Below, one piece after another: positions 19,895 through 29,739 of a DNA stretch of 64,000 bases. Origin of the DNA: an uncultured Acidobacteriota bacterium (lineage in GTDB: Bacteria > Acidobacteriota > Polarisedimenticolia > J045). Position numbers and translations under genes: made by a program. The stretch covers positions 32,001 to 96,000 of the forward strand of contig CAVPCQ010000037.1 in assembly GCA_963702425.1 (NCBI GenBank). Direction: 5' to 3'. A model generated the notes under the pieces. The model worked only from the letters and a program-made list of their open reading frames with translations. It was not told where the DNA came from and made no database searches. Every line of letters starts with the position of its first letter. Position 1 is the stretch's first letter.

Positions 19895-20665
19895 ATGACG
19901 CGGTTCTTTTTCGATGTCGGTCAGGTCACGCGGCTCACGCTGGACGCGGTGGGGGCGCTGTTCCGGCGCCCGTTCCCGGCCGGCGCGGTCGTGCAGCAGA
20001 TGTTCCGGCTGGGGGCGCGCTCGCTGCCGCTGGTCGCGTTGACCACGATCTTCACCGGCGCGGTGATGGCGGTGCAGACCGCCAACAGCCTGGGACGGTA
20101 CGGTGTCCAGGTCTATGTCGGGGCCTTCGTCGGCCTGTCGATGGTGAAGGAACTCGGACCGGTCCTGACCGCGGTGATGCTGTCCGCGCGGGTCGGTGCC
20201 GGGATCACGGCCGAGCTCGGCGCGATGTCGGTCAGCGAGCAGGTGGACGCGATGCGCGCGCTCGGGGCCGACCCGGTCAAGGTGCTCGTCCTGCCGCGGC
20301 TGCTGGCCCTGTTGCTGATGATCCCCGCGCTGACGATGCTCGGCATCACGCTCGGGATCCTCGGCGGGATGTGGGTGGCGGTGGCCGAGCTGGACCAGGT
20401 TCCCGGCTACTACTGGAGCAAGGTGATCGAGGTGATGAGCATCGGCGACGTGCTGTCGGGGCTCGGCAAGAGCTTCTTCTTCGCCTACTTCATCGGGATC
20501 ATCGCCTGCCACCAGGGACTGGCCGCCCACGGCGGCGCCTCCGGCGTCGGCCAGGCGACGACGCGCTCGGTGGTCGGGTCCTCGATCTCGATCTTCATCT
20601 CCAACTTCTTCCTCTCGAAGGCGCTGCTCTTGATGCAGACGCGCTTCGGACGGATCTTCTGGTGA
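19895..20665 (+). CDS. mlaE: ABC transporter permease MlaE family
   Basis: KELGPVLTAVMLSARVGAGITAELGAM.VSEQVDAMRALG, VGQATT.SVV. Confidence 0.93.
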   Translation: MTRFFFDVGQVTRLTLDAVGALFRRPFPAGAVVQQMFRLGARSLPLVALTTIFTGAVMAVQTANSLGRYGVQVYVGAFVGLSMVKELGPVLTAVMLSARVGAGITAELGAMSVSEQVDAMRALGADPVKVLVLPRLLALLLMIPALTMLGITLGILGGMWVAVAELDQVPGYYWSKVIEVMSIGDVLSGLGKSFFFAYFIGIIACHQGLAAHGGASGVGQATTRSVVGSSISIFISNFFLSKALLLMQTRFGRIFW

Positions 20666-21429
20666 ACGCCGGCGACGGGGCCCTGATCCAGCTCGCCCAC
20701 GTGCACAAGCGCTTCGGCCCCCACGCCGTGCTGCGCGGGGTCTCGCTCGACGTGGCGCCGCGCGAGACCGTGGTCGTGCTCGGCGGCTCCGGCTCGGGCA
20801 AGTCGGTCACGCTGCGGCTGATCATCGGGCTGATCGCGCCGGATCGCGGCGACGTGTTCGTCGAGGGGCGGAGCGTGCCGCGGCTGAAGGAGGACGGACT
20901 GCGCGAGGTCCGGCGCCGGGTCGGCTTCCTGTTCCAGAGCGGTGCTCTGTTCGACTCGATGGACGTCTTCGAGAACGTCGCGTTCCCACTGCGTGAGGAA
21001 TCCTGGGACGAGTCGAAAGTGGCCGCGCGGGTGGCCGAAGTGCTCGAGCTGGTCGACCTGCAGCCGGCGGTCGGGGCCCTCGACCCGTCCGAGCTGTCGG
21101 GCGGGATGCGCAAACGGGTCGCCCTGGCCCGGGCGATCGCCATGGCGCCCCAGGCGATGCTGTACGACGAGCCGACGACCGGTCTCGATCCGGTCACCAG
21201 CTCGGCGATCAACGAGCTGATCCGCTCGATGCAGGAGCGACTCGGGATGACCTCGATCGTCGTCACGCACGACATCCGCACCGCGTTCGAGGTCGGAGAC
21301 CGGATCGCCTTCCTGCACAAGGGACACCTGCGCTTCGTCGGGACGGTCGACGAGGCCAAGTCCACCACGGACGAAGTCCTCGCGGCCTTCCTCGCCGGAC
21401 GGCTGACCGGAGGCGAACATGCCCGCTAG
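20662..21429 (+). CDS. mlaF: ABC transporter ATPase MlaF family
   Basis: GGSGSGKS, LFQSGALFDS, LSGGMRKRVALARA, YDEPTTGLDP. Confidence 0.93.
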   Translation: MNAGDGALIQLAHVHKRFGPHAVLRGVSLDVAPRETVVVLGGSGSGKSVTLRLIIGLIAPDRGDVFVEGRSVPRLKEDGLREVRRRVGFLFQSGALFDSMDVFENVAFPLREESWDESKVAARVAEVLELVDLQPAVGALDPSELSGGMRKRVALARAIAMAPQAMLYDEPTTGLDPVTSSAINELIRSMQERLGMTSIVVTHDIRTAFEVGDRIAFLHKGHLRFVGTVDEAKSTTDEVLAAFLAGRLTGGEHAR

Positions 21430-22789
21430 GAAATCCTCCCAGGACCTGCTCGTCGGGTTGACCGTCGCGGCCGGGATGGCGCTGCTCGCCGTCGCGATCC
21501 TCGTGATCGGCGGGCAGTCGAAGCTCTTCTCGAAGAAGTTCGGCTACCGCACGACCTTCACCGAGGCCTCGGGGCTGCGGGTCGGCGCTCCGGTCTCGCT
21601 GTCCGGGGTGCGGGTCGGCAGCGTCAGCGAGATCGTGCTGCCCAAGGACCCGCGGGCGGCCGGGATCGAGGTCGCGCTCGAGGTCGACGCCGGGTACGCC
21701 CCACGCATCCGCGAGGGGAGCGTGGCGCGCCTGGCGATGCTGCAGTTCGTCGCCAACGAGAAATCGGTCGAGATCTCGCCGGGGGACCCGGAAAGGCCGC
21801 AGGTCCCGGACGGAGCCGTGATCCCGGTCGCCCAGGGGCCGGCGCTGCTCGAGCGCGGCGCGACGATCGCCGAGTCGGTCGAGCGGATCACGGCCGACCT
21901 GGAGACGATCCTGGGCGCGATCCGGCGCGGGGAGGGGATGCTCGGCAAGGCGATCGTCGATCCCCGGTTCGGCGAGCAGGGGATGAACGACCTGCAGTCG
22001 GCGATCGCCTCGTTCCGGAGCCTCGCCGAGCGGGTCGTGCGGGGGGAGGGCCTGGCCGGGCGCCTCTTCTCAGACGACGCTGCGGCGCGCGACACGCTGG
22101 CCGACCTGAAGGCCGCGGCCCACGGCCTCGCCGCCTTCACGGCGCGCCTCGAGCGGGGGGAGGGGCTGGCCGGGGAGCTGACCCGGGGCGAGTCGAACCT
22201 CCTGCCGGAGCTGAAGGACACCGTCGCCGCGCTCAAGTCGGTTGCGACCGCGCTGGAGCGGGGGGACGGGCTGATCAGCCGCCTGGTCCGGGACGAGGAT
22301 CTGTCGCGCCGGGTGACCGCGAACCTCGACGAGACGCTGGCGCGCCTGGCGTCGATCACGCGCAAGATCGACGAGGGGCAGGGGACGATCGGGCTGCTGG
22401 TGAACGAGCGGGGGCTCTACGACGACGCCAACACGCTGATCACCGGGGTCAGGAGCAGCAAGCTCGCCAGCGGCCTGATCCGGCACTACTACGGCAAGGG
22501 AGCGAAGGAGCAACCGCCCCCGGGGACGCCCCCGGGAGCCGGGCCGGCAGCGTCCCCCCCGCTGCCCGGCGTCGCCCCCGTGGGAGCGGCTGCCGGGCCG
22601 GACGACCCGCCCCGCGCCGGGGCGCCCGGTAGTTTCGCGGAGGGAGTAATGCCGGCCGGACCCGGGGCGGTTCCCCCGGCAACTGGAAACCGTTCGTCTG
22701 AAAGGTCATATTCGCTCCCGTCGTCGTCGCCGCCTGGTCCGGCTGCTCCCCCGCTGCCCGGCGGCCTCGACCCGGAGGCCCTGTCATGA
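21419..22789 (+). CDS. mlaD: MCE/MlaD family protein (3' end uncertain)
   Basis: N-terminal TM, GLRVGAPVSLSGVRVGSV, repeated GEGLAG/GQGTIG helical units; Pro-rich tail may be artefactual. Confidence 0.88.
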   Translation: MPARKSSQDLLVGLTVAAGMALLAVAILVIGGQSKLFSKKFGYRTTFTEASGLRVGAPVSLSGVRVGSVSEIVLPKDPRAAGIEVALEVDAGYAPRIREGSVARLAMLQFVANEKSVEISPGDPERPQVPDGAVIPVAQGPALLERGATIAESVERITADLETILGAIRRGEGMLGKAIVDPRFGEQGMNDLQSAIASFRSLAERVVRGEGLAGRLFSDDAAARDTLADLKAAAHGLAAFTARLERGEGLAGELTRGESNLLPELKDTVAALKSVATALERGDGLISRLVRDEDLSRRVTANLDETLARLASITRKIDEGQGTIGLLVNERGLYDDANTLITGVRSSKLASGLIRHYYGKGAKEQPPPGTPPGAGPAASPPLPGVAPVGAAAGPDDPPRAGAPGSFAEGVMPAGPGAVPPATGNRSSERSYSLPSSSPPGPAAPPLPGGLDPEALS

Positions 22790-24117
22790 CCGTCACGTCG
22801 CTGCCGGACGCCGCTGAGGCGCTCCGCGAGAAGATCGCCAACAAGACCGCCCTGGTCGGCATCATCGGGCTCGGGTACGTCGGCCTTCCGCTGGCGGAGG
22901 TCTTCGCGCGCGCGGGGTTCCGCGTCCTCGGCTTCGACGTCGATGCCAGCAAGCCGAAAGCGATCAAGGCCGGCCGGAGCTACATCGGCGACGTGACGGA
23001 TGCGCAACTCAAGGCCCAGGTCGATGCCGGGCGGATCGAGGCCACGACCGAGTTCACGCGGCTCGGCGATTGCGACGCGATCCTGATCTGCGTCCCGACC
23101 CCGCTGCGCAAGACGCTCGACCCCGACATCTCCTACATCGAGGACTCGATCGAGCGGATCCGGCCCCACCTGCGGCCGGGCCAGCTCGTGATCCTGGAAT
23201 CGACGACCTATCCCGGAACCACCGACGAGGTGATCGTTCCCGCGCTCGAGAAGGGCGGCCTCGAGGCCGGCCGCGATTTCTTCGTCGCCTTCTCTCCCGA
23301 GCGCGTCGATCCGTCGAACCCGCAGTACAAGACCGACAACACGCCGAAGGTGGTCGGCGGCTACAGCCCGGCCTGCTGCGCCGTCAGCGAGGCGCTCTAC
23401 AAGGGCGCCCTGCCGAAGGTGCACGTCGTCTCCTCCGCCCAGGCGGCGGAGATGGTGAAGCTGCTCGAGAACACCTTCCGGCTGATCAACATCGGGCTGG
23501 TGAACGAGTTCGCGCTGATCTGCGACAAGCTCGGCCTCAACGTCTGGGAGATCATCGACGCCGCGGCCACCAAGCCCTTCGGCTTCATGCCCTTCTACCC
23601 CGGCCCGGGCCTCGGCGGCCACTGCATCCCGATCGACCCGCACTACCTGTCCTGGAAGCTGCGCTCGCTCAACTTCTTCACGCGCTTCATCGACCTTGCG
23701 GCCGAGATCAACCGCGGGATGCCGGCCTACGTCGTCAGCAAGCTCGGGCTCGTGCTGAACGAACAGGGCAAGGCGATCAAGGGGACGAAGGTTCTCGTGC
23801 TCGGCGTGACCTACAAGAAGGACACCGCCGATACGCGCGAATCGCCGGCGATGGACGTGATCGAGGTGCTCGAGGCCCGCGGCGCTCACGTCTCGTTCCA
23901 CGACCCGTACGTCAACGTGTACGAGGTCGGCGGGCAGAAGGTGCCGTACCTCCCGCTGACGCCGGAGACGCTCCGGTCCCAGGACGTCGTGCTGATCGTG
24001 ACCGACCACAGCTCGGTGGACTACGACGCGGTCGTGCGCGACGCGAAGCTGGTCTTCGACGCGCGCAACGCGACGAAGCGGGTCGCCGGGGAGCGCGGGA
24101 AGGTCGTCACCCTGTGA
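22786..24117 (+). CDS. Nucleotide-sugar dehydrogenase (UDP-GlcNAc 6-dehydrogenase, WbpA/WecC-like)
   Basis: GLGYVGLPLA, CVPTP, ESTTYPGTT, PGLGGHCIPIDP. Confidence 0.92.
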   Translation: MTVTSLPDAAEALREKIANKTALVGIIGLGYVGLPLAEVFARAGFRVLGFDVDASKPKAIKAGRSYIGDVTDAQLKAQVDAGRIEATTEFTRLGDCDAILICVPTPLRKTLDPDISYIEDSIERIRPHLRPGQLVILESTTYPGTTDEVIVPALEKGGLEAGRDFFVAFSPERVDPSNPQYKTDNTPKVVGGYSPACCAVSEALYKGALPKVHVVSSAQAAEMVKLLENTFRLINIGLVNEFALICDKLGLNVWEIIDAAATKPFGFMPFYPGPGLGGHCIPIDPHYLSWKLRSLNFFTRFIDLAAEINRGMPAYVVSKLGLVLNEQGKAIKGTKVLVLGVTYKKDTADTRESPAMDVIEVLEARGAHVSFHDPYVNVYEVGGQKVPYLPLTPETLRSQDVVLIVTDHSSVDYDAVVRDAKLVFDARNATKRVAGERGKVVTL

Positions 24118-25082
24118 GCGGCGGGCCCGGCGACGGGGCGGTACTCGTCACCGGGGCTGCCGGCTTCATCGGCTCCCACACGGTCGAACGCCTGCTGGCG
24201 CGCGGCGAGCGCGTCGTCGGGCTCGACAATCTCGATCCCTTCTACGACCCGGCGATCAAGCGCGCCAATCTTGCCGCGGCGTCGCGCGACCCGCGCTTCA
24301 CGCTGATCGAGGGGGACATCCGCGACGCCGCCCTGCTCGAGGCGCTGTTCGCGAGAGCGCCGGTGCGCGCCGTGATCCACCTCGCCGCCCGGGCGGGGGT
24401 GCGGCCGTCGGTCGAGGAGCCGGCGCTCTACGCCGACGTCAACGTCCGCGGGACGACGGTGGTTCTCGAGGCCGCCCGGCGAGCGGGGGTGCCGAAGGTC
24501 GTCTACGCGTCGTCGTCGTCGGTGTACGGCGGCAACACCAAGGTCCCCTTCTCGGAGGACGATCCGGTCGACCACCCGGTCTCGCCCTACGCCGCGACCA
24601 AGAAGGCCACCGAGCTGGTCGCCAGCGCCTTCCACCACCTCTACGGCATGGACACGATCGGCCTGCGCTTCTTCACGGTCTACGGGCCGCGGCAGCGGCC
24701 GGAGATGGCGATCGCCGCCTTTACCCGCTGGATCGACGAGGGCAGGCCGGTTCCGGTCTTCGGTGACGGCTCGGCGCTGCGCGACTACACCTACATCGAC
24801 GACGTGGTCGATGGGGTGATGGGCGCGCTCGACCGCGGCCGGGGGGACCGGGTCTACAACCTCGGCGAGTCCGAGACCACGAGCCTGATCGAACTGGTCC
24901 GGCGGATCGGGGAGGCGCTCGGCCGGGAACCGCGCATCGAGTTCCGTCCGGCGCAGCCCGGGGACGTGCCGACGACCTTCGCCGACATCACCCGCGCACG
25001 GCAGGAACTGGGGTACCATCCCACGGTGAAGGTGGCGGAGGGCATCCCCCGCTTCGTGGCCTGGTACCGTCGATCGGCCTGA
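24114..25082 (+). CDS. NAD-dependent epimerase (UDP-glucuronate 4-epimerase-like)
   Basis: TGAAGFIG, HLAARAGVR, ASSSSVYG, YAATKK, RFFTVYGP. Confidence 0.9.
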   Translation: MSGGPGDGAVLVTGAAGFIGSHTVERLLARGERVVGLDNLDPFYDPAIKRANLAAASRDPRFTLIEGDIRDAALLEALFARAPVRAVIHLAARAGVRPSVEEPALYADVNVRGTTVVLEAARRAGVPKVVYASSSSVYGGNTKVPFSEDDPVDHPVSPYAATKKATELVASAFHHLYGMDTIGLRFFTVYGPRQRPEMAIAAFTRWIDEGRPVPVFGDGSALRDYTYIDDVVDGVMGALDRGRGDRVYNLGESETTSLIELVRRIGEALGREPRIEFRPAQPGDVPTTFADITRARQELGYHPTVKVAEGIPRFVAWYRRSA

Positions 25083-25126
25083 AGAACCCGGCCCGCGCCC
25101 CCGGATCCCTGCCAGGAGGTTTGCCC

Positions 25127-26428
25127 GTGAATATCGCGGTCATCGGTACCGGTTACGTCGGCCTCGTCTCCGGAGCGTGCTTCGCCGAGTTCGGCACGCA
25201 CGTCACGTGCGTGGACAACGACGCGTCCAAGGTGGAGGCGCTCAAGCGCGGCGAGATCCCGATCTACGAGCCGGGCCTCGACCAGCTGGTGACGCGCAAC
25301 GTCGCCGCCGGGCGGCTCAACTTCACGACTGACCTCGGCGCCGCGGTGAAGGAGAACCTGGCGCTGTTCATCTGCGTCGGCACGCCGCAGGATCCGCACG
25401 GCCGTGCCGACCTGTCGTCCGTGATGGCCGTGGCGAAATCGATCGCCGAGCAGATGGACGGGTACAAGGTGATCGTCGTCAAGTCGACCGTGCCGGTCGG
25501 TACGGGCGACCGGGTCGAGGCGCTGGTCCGCGAGCTCACGAAGGGGAAGATCCCGTTCTCGGTCGCCAGCAACCCCGAGTTCCTGCGCGAAGGGGCGGCG
25601 ATCGAGGACTTCATGCGCCCCAACCGGGTCGTCATCGGCACCGAGGACGAGCAGGCGCGCGCGATCCTGGTCGACCTCTACCGCCCGCTCTACCTGATCG
25701 AGACGCCCATCCTCGCCACGCGGCGCCGGGCCTCGGAGCTGATCAAGTACGCCTCGAACGCTTTTCTCGCGGTCAAGGTTTCGTACATCAACGAGATGGC
25801 CGACCTCTGCGAGAAGGCCGGGGTGGACGTGCACGAGGTGGCGCGAGGGATGGGGCTCGACAACCGGATCGGCGGGAAGTTCCTGCACCCCGGGCCGGGC
25901 TACGGCGGCTCCTGCTTCCCCAAGGACACGCGCGCGATCCTCGCCACGGCCGAGGAGTTCGGAGCCCGTTTGGAGATCATCGCGGCCGCGGTCGCGGTCA
26001 ACGATCTCCGGCCCGGCCGGATGGTCGAGAAGGTCCGGGTGGCGCTGGGTGGCGACGTGTCGGGGAAGACGATCGCGCTGCTTGGCCTGGCCTTCAAGCC
26101 CAACACCGACGACGTGCGCGAGTCGCCGGCGATCGAGATCGCGAATGGCCTGATCGCGGCCGGGGCGAAGGTCCGGGCCTACGACCCGGAAGCGATGGAG
26201 ACCGGCCAGTCCGGCGGGTTTGCCGGGGAAACCTGTCCCGACGAGTACGCCGCGTGCCAGGGGGCCGACGCGCTGGTCCTCGCCACCGAGTGGAACCAGT
26301 TCCGCAACCTCGACCTCGGACGGATCAAGGGCCTCTTGAGATCGCCGACGGTCGTGGATCTGCGCAACGTCTACAAGCCGGCCGACATGAAGAAGCTCGG
26401 CTTCGTTTACAGCGCGGTCGGCCGCTGA
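25127..26428 (+). CDS. ugd: UDP-glucose 6-dehydrogenase
   Basis: GTGYVGL, KSTVPVGT, SNPEFLREG, GYGGSCFPKD; RBS AGGAGG. Confidence 0.93.
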   Translation: MNIAVIGTGYVGLVSGACFAEFGTHVTCVDNDASKVEALKRGEIPIYEPGLDQLVTRNVAAGRLNFTTDLGAAVKENLALFICVGTPQDPHGRADLSSVMAVAKSIAEQMDGYKVIVVKSTVPVGTGDRVEALVRELTKGKIPFSVASNPEFLREGAAIEDFMRPNRVVIGTEDEQARAILVDLYRPLYLIETPILATRRRASELIKYASNAFLAVKVSYINEMADLCEKAGVDVHEVARGMGLDNRIGGKFLHPGPGYGGSCFPKDTRAILATAEEFGARLEIIAAAVAVNDLRPGRMVEKVRVALGGDVSGKTIALLGLAFKPNTDDVRESPAIEIANGLIAAGAKVRAYDPEAMETGQSGGFAGETCPDEYAACQGADALVLATEWNQFRNLDLGRIKGLLRSPTVVDLRNVYKPADMKKLGFVYSAVGR

Positions 26429-26440
26429 GCGGAGGATCTC

Positions 26441-27403
26441 TTGCGCGTTCTCGTCACCGGAGGGGGAGGGTTCATCGGGAGCAATCTCGTCGAGGCGCTG
26501 CTGCGCCGCGGCGACGACGTGCTCGTACTCGACAATTTCGCGACCGGCCGGCGGCAGAACCTCGCGCGCGCCGGCGACTGGGCAAACGCCGGCGGGGGAC
26601 GGTTCGAGCTGGTCGAGGGGGACATCCGCGACGAGGCCACCGTCCGGCGCGTGACGGCGGGGCGCGACGTCGTGCTGCACCAGGCCGCGATCCCGTCGGT
26701 CGCGCGCTCGGTCGCGGACCCGATGACCTCGCACACGGTCAACGTCGACGGGACGCTGACGCTGCTCCTGGCCGCCCGCGACGCGGGCGTCAAGCGCTTC
26801 GTCATGGCCTCGTCATCGTCGCTCTACGGCGAGTCACCGAGCCTCCCGAAGATCGAGACGATGCCCTCCGACCCGATCTCTCCCTACGGGCTCGACAAGC
26901 TCGCCGGCGAGTCATACTGCCGGCTGTTCACCCGCCTGTATGGGCTGCCGACCGTCGCGCTGCGCTACTTCAACGTCTTCGGACCGCGGCAGGACCCGGC
27001 GTCGGATTACGCGGCGGTGATTCCGCGTTTCGCGACGGCGATCCTGTCCGGGAAGGCGCCGACGATCTACGGCGACGGCCAGCAGACGCGCGACTTCACG
27101 TACATCGCCAACGTGGTCGAGGCCAACCTCAAGTCGGCCGAGGCCGGGCCGGAGGCGTGCGGCGAGGCCTACAACATTGCGTGCGGCGACCGGATCTCGC
27201 TGCTCGACCTCGTCGCCACGATCAACCGGCTGACCGGCGGGACGGTCCGTGCCCTCCACGCCGAGCGTCGCGCGGGCGACATCCAGCACTCGCTGGCCGA
27301 GATCGGCAAGGCCCGCCGACTGCTCGGCTACGAGCCGCGCGTCGGCCTCGAGGAGGGGCTGACCCGCACGATCGCACACCTCCGCGCTCCGGATGGGGCG
27401 TGA
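26441..27403 (+). CDS. NAD-dependent epimerase (UDP-GlcNAc 4-epimerase, WbpP-like)
   Basis: TGGGGFIGS, HQAAIPSVARS, YGLDK, RYFNVFGPRQDP. Confidence 0.9.
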   Translation: MRVLVTGGGGFIGSNLVEALLRRGDDVLVLDNFATGRRQNLARAGDWANAGGGRFELVEGDIRDEATVRRVTAGRDVVLHQAAIPSVARSVADPMTSHTVNVDGTLTLLLAARDAGVKRFVMASSSSLYGESPSLPKIETMPSDPISPYGLDKLAGESYCRLFTRLYGLPTVALRYFNVFGPRQDPASDYAAVIPRFATAILSGKAPTIYGDGQQTRDFTYIANVVEANLKSAEAGPEACGEAYNIACGDRISLLDLVATINRLTGGTVRALHAERRAGDIQHSLAEIGKARRLLGYEPRVGLEEGLTRTIAHLRAPDGA

Positions 27404-27407
27404 GCGC

Positions 27408-28481
27408 GTGACGCGCGGTCCCGACCGCGCGGTGATCATCGCGGGGGGCGGGGGCACCCGCCTCTGGCCGTGGACCGGGCCCGGGCTTCCCAAGCCGCTG
27501 CTGCCGCTCGGTGGCGCCGGGCGGACGCTGCTCGCGGCGGCGCTCGACCGGCTCGACGGGCTGGTTCCGCCGGCCGCGGTCGCGCTCCAGGCTCCCGCCG
27601 CGCTCGGTGCGCGCCTCGCCGCAGCCGAGCCGCGACTGGCGCCGGCCCAGGTGCTCGACGAACCGAGCGCGCGCGATACCGGGCCGGCGATCGCGCTCGC
27701 GATGCGCCGGCAGCTCCTCGCCGGGCCGGAGGCGGTCGTGGCGGTCCTCCCCGCCGACCAGCGGGTCGCCGACGGTGCGGTCTTCCGCGCCGCGCTCGCG
27801 GCGGCGACGGAGGTCGCGCGCGAGTGCCGGCTCGTCACGCTCGGTGTGGTCCCCGACCACGCGAGCACACGCTTCGGCTACGTCGAAGCCGGCGCCCCGC
27901 TCGGCGACGGCCCCGCGCGCGAGGTGGTGCGCTTCGTCGAGAAGCCGGACCGCGGGACGGCGGAGCGCTTCCTCGCGGCCGGGTGCCACCTCTGGAACGC
28001 CGGGATCTTCGTCTGGCGCGCCGACGCCTTCTGGAGCGCGCTCGAGCGGGCTGCCCCCGGGCTGGCCGGCGCAGTGGCCCGGTTCGTGGAGGGGGACGCC
28101 GCGGCGTGGGACGCCGCGCCGCGCACCTCGATCGACTACGCCCTGATGGAGCGCACCGACGACGTCGCGGTCGTGCCGCTCGACGCCGGCTGGGACGACG
28201 TCGGCGGCTGGGACGCCGTGGTCCGGCTCGCGCGTGCGGGGGATGCCGGCCCGGCGCGCCTCGTGCCGTCCGCCGGCGAGGCTCCGGACGGCTCACTCGT
28301 GCTCGAAATCGGCCCGTCGCGCGTGCCGCGCGCCGTGGTGCTCGGAACCGTTCCCCTGCTCGTGGTGTACGGCCCGGAGGGGCTGCTGGTCGCGCCGCGG
28401 GACGCCGTCGACCGCGTGAAGGCCTTCGCCGACGCCCCCCCGGGGGACGGTGGCGCGTCGCGCCCGGCGGGGGCCCGGTGA
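27408..28481 (+). CDS. manC: Mannose-1-phosphate guanylyltransferase
   Basis: IAGGGGTRLWP, PKPLL, EPSARDTGPA, FVEKP, WNAGIF, SIDYALME, WDDVG. Confidence 0.88.
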   Translation: MTRGPDRAVIIAGGGGTRLWPWTGPGLPKPLLPLGGAGRTLLAAALDRLDGLVPPAAVALQAPAALGARLAAAEPRLAPAQVLDEPSARDTGPAIALAMRRQLLAGPEAVVAVLPADQRVADGAVFRAALAAATEVARECRLVTLGVVPDHASTRFGYVEAGAPLGDGPAREVVRFVEKPDRGTAERFLAAGCHLWNAGIFVWRADAFWSALERAAPGLAGAVARFVEGDAAAWDAAPRTSIDYALMERTDDVAVVPLDAGWDDVGGWDAVVRLARAGDAGPARLVPSAGEAPDGSLVLEIGPSRVPRAVVLGTVPLLVVYGPEGLLVAPRDAVDRVKAFADAPPGDGGASRPAGAR

Positions 28482-29659
28482 CGGCCGGCAGCCTGCTCGC
28501 CGCGTTGGCGTTCGCCCTGCTGGGGCTCGCCGTCTACTCGTATGTCGGCTACCCGCTCGCGGCGCGCTTTCTCGTTCCGCGCCTCCCGCCCCCTCCCGGC
28601 CTGCCCGGCGACCGCCCGGAGGACGACGCGCTACCGACCGTCAGCGTGCTGGTCGCGGCGCGCAACGAGGCCCCGGTGATCGGCGCGCGGCTCAGCAACC
28701 TGCTCGCGCAGGACTACCCGGCGGGCCGGCTCGAGATCCTGGTGGCCTCGGACGCCAGCGACGACGGCACGGACGAGATCGTGCGCGCCACCGGCGACCC
28801 CCGGATTCGGCTGTGGCGGCAGGAACCTCGCGCCGGCAAGACCGCCGCGATCAACCACCTTGGCACGCTGGCGACGGGCGAGATCCTGGTCCAGACCGAC
28901 GCCGACGTGACCTTCGCGCCGGGCGCGCTGCGCGCGCTCGCGGGTGCGTTCGACGACCCGCGCGTCGGCATCGCCGACGGGACGGTGCGCTTCAGCAACG
29001 CCGAGTCGCCGGAAGTCGCCGGGGGCGAGGGCCTCTACTGGCGGTTCGAGAACTGGACCAAGGAGGTCGAGTCCGCGCGCGGCCTGCTGTGCGTCGCGAA
29101 CGGCGGGATCTACGCGCTGCGCCGCGCGCTCTGGCGTCCGCTGCCGGTCAACGTCGCCGGTGATGCCGCCGAGCCGCTGCTCGCCGCGCGCGAGGGACGC
29201 CTCACCGTCGTCGCGCCCGGGGCACGGGCGCAGGTCCGCGCCGCCGGCACGCTTGGCGAGGAGTTCCAGCGCAAGGTCCGGATCATCGCGCAGCAGGTGA
29301 ACTGTGCGCGCTGGATCGAGCTCACGGCGCTGCCGCCGCGCACCCTGTGGGCCTACGTCTCACACAAGCTGCTGCGCTACACGGTGCCGGTGCTGGCGCT
29401 CCTGGCGCTGGTCGCTGGCGCCGGCGCGACGGCCCTCGGGGCGCGGGCCGGCCTGGCCGCCGTCGCGGCAGTCCTCCTGCCGCTCGCCGCCGCGCCGCTC
29501 GGCTTCCTCTCCCGGCCGCGCGCGCTCGCGCGGCTCTTCCGCGTGCCGCTCTATCTCGTGATGATCAACGCCGCCGCGGCCGCCGGCCTGGCCCGCGGGC
29601 TGTCGGGTCGGGCCGCGGCGAGCTGGGAGGTCCCGGCGAGCACTCGGCGGGGCCCGTAA
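28478..29659 (+). CDS. GT2 family glycosyltransferase
   Basis: VAARNE, SDASDDGT, GKTAA, TDAD; N- and C-terminal TMs. Confidence 0.88.
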   Translation: MTAGSLLAALAFALLGLAVYSYVGYPLAARFLVPRLPPPPGLPGDRPEDDALPTVSVLVAARNEAPVIGARLSNLLAQDYPAGRLEILVASDASDDGTDEIVRATGDPRIRLWRQEPRAGKTAAINHLGTLATGEILVQTDADVTFAPGALRALAGAFDDPRVGIADGTVRFSNAESPEVAGGEGLYWRFENWTKEVESARGLLCVANGGIYALRRALWRPLPVNVAGDAAEPLLAAREGRLTVVAPGARAQVRAAGTLGEEFQRKVRIIAQQVNCARWIELTALPPRTLWAYVSHKLLRYTVPVLALLALVAGAGATALGARAGLAAVAAVLLPLAAAPLGFLSRPRALARLFRVPLYLVMINAAAAAGLARGLSGRAAASWEVPASTRRGP

Positions 29660-29739
29660 GCGCGTTTTCGTCTCGACGGGCCGGGCGGCCGAGAGGATCC
29701 GGGGGCGCCGGCCGCCGGACTCCGCGATAATCGCGGCCC

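Noticed and set aside
22510-22789. Pro-rich MlaD tail as a novel domain
   Set aside because: The distal part looks intergenic, and an out-of-frame TAG at 22630 follows a C7 run, so it is probably an indel artefact
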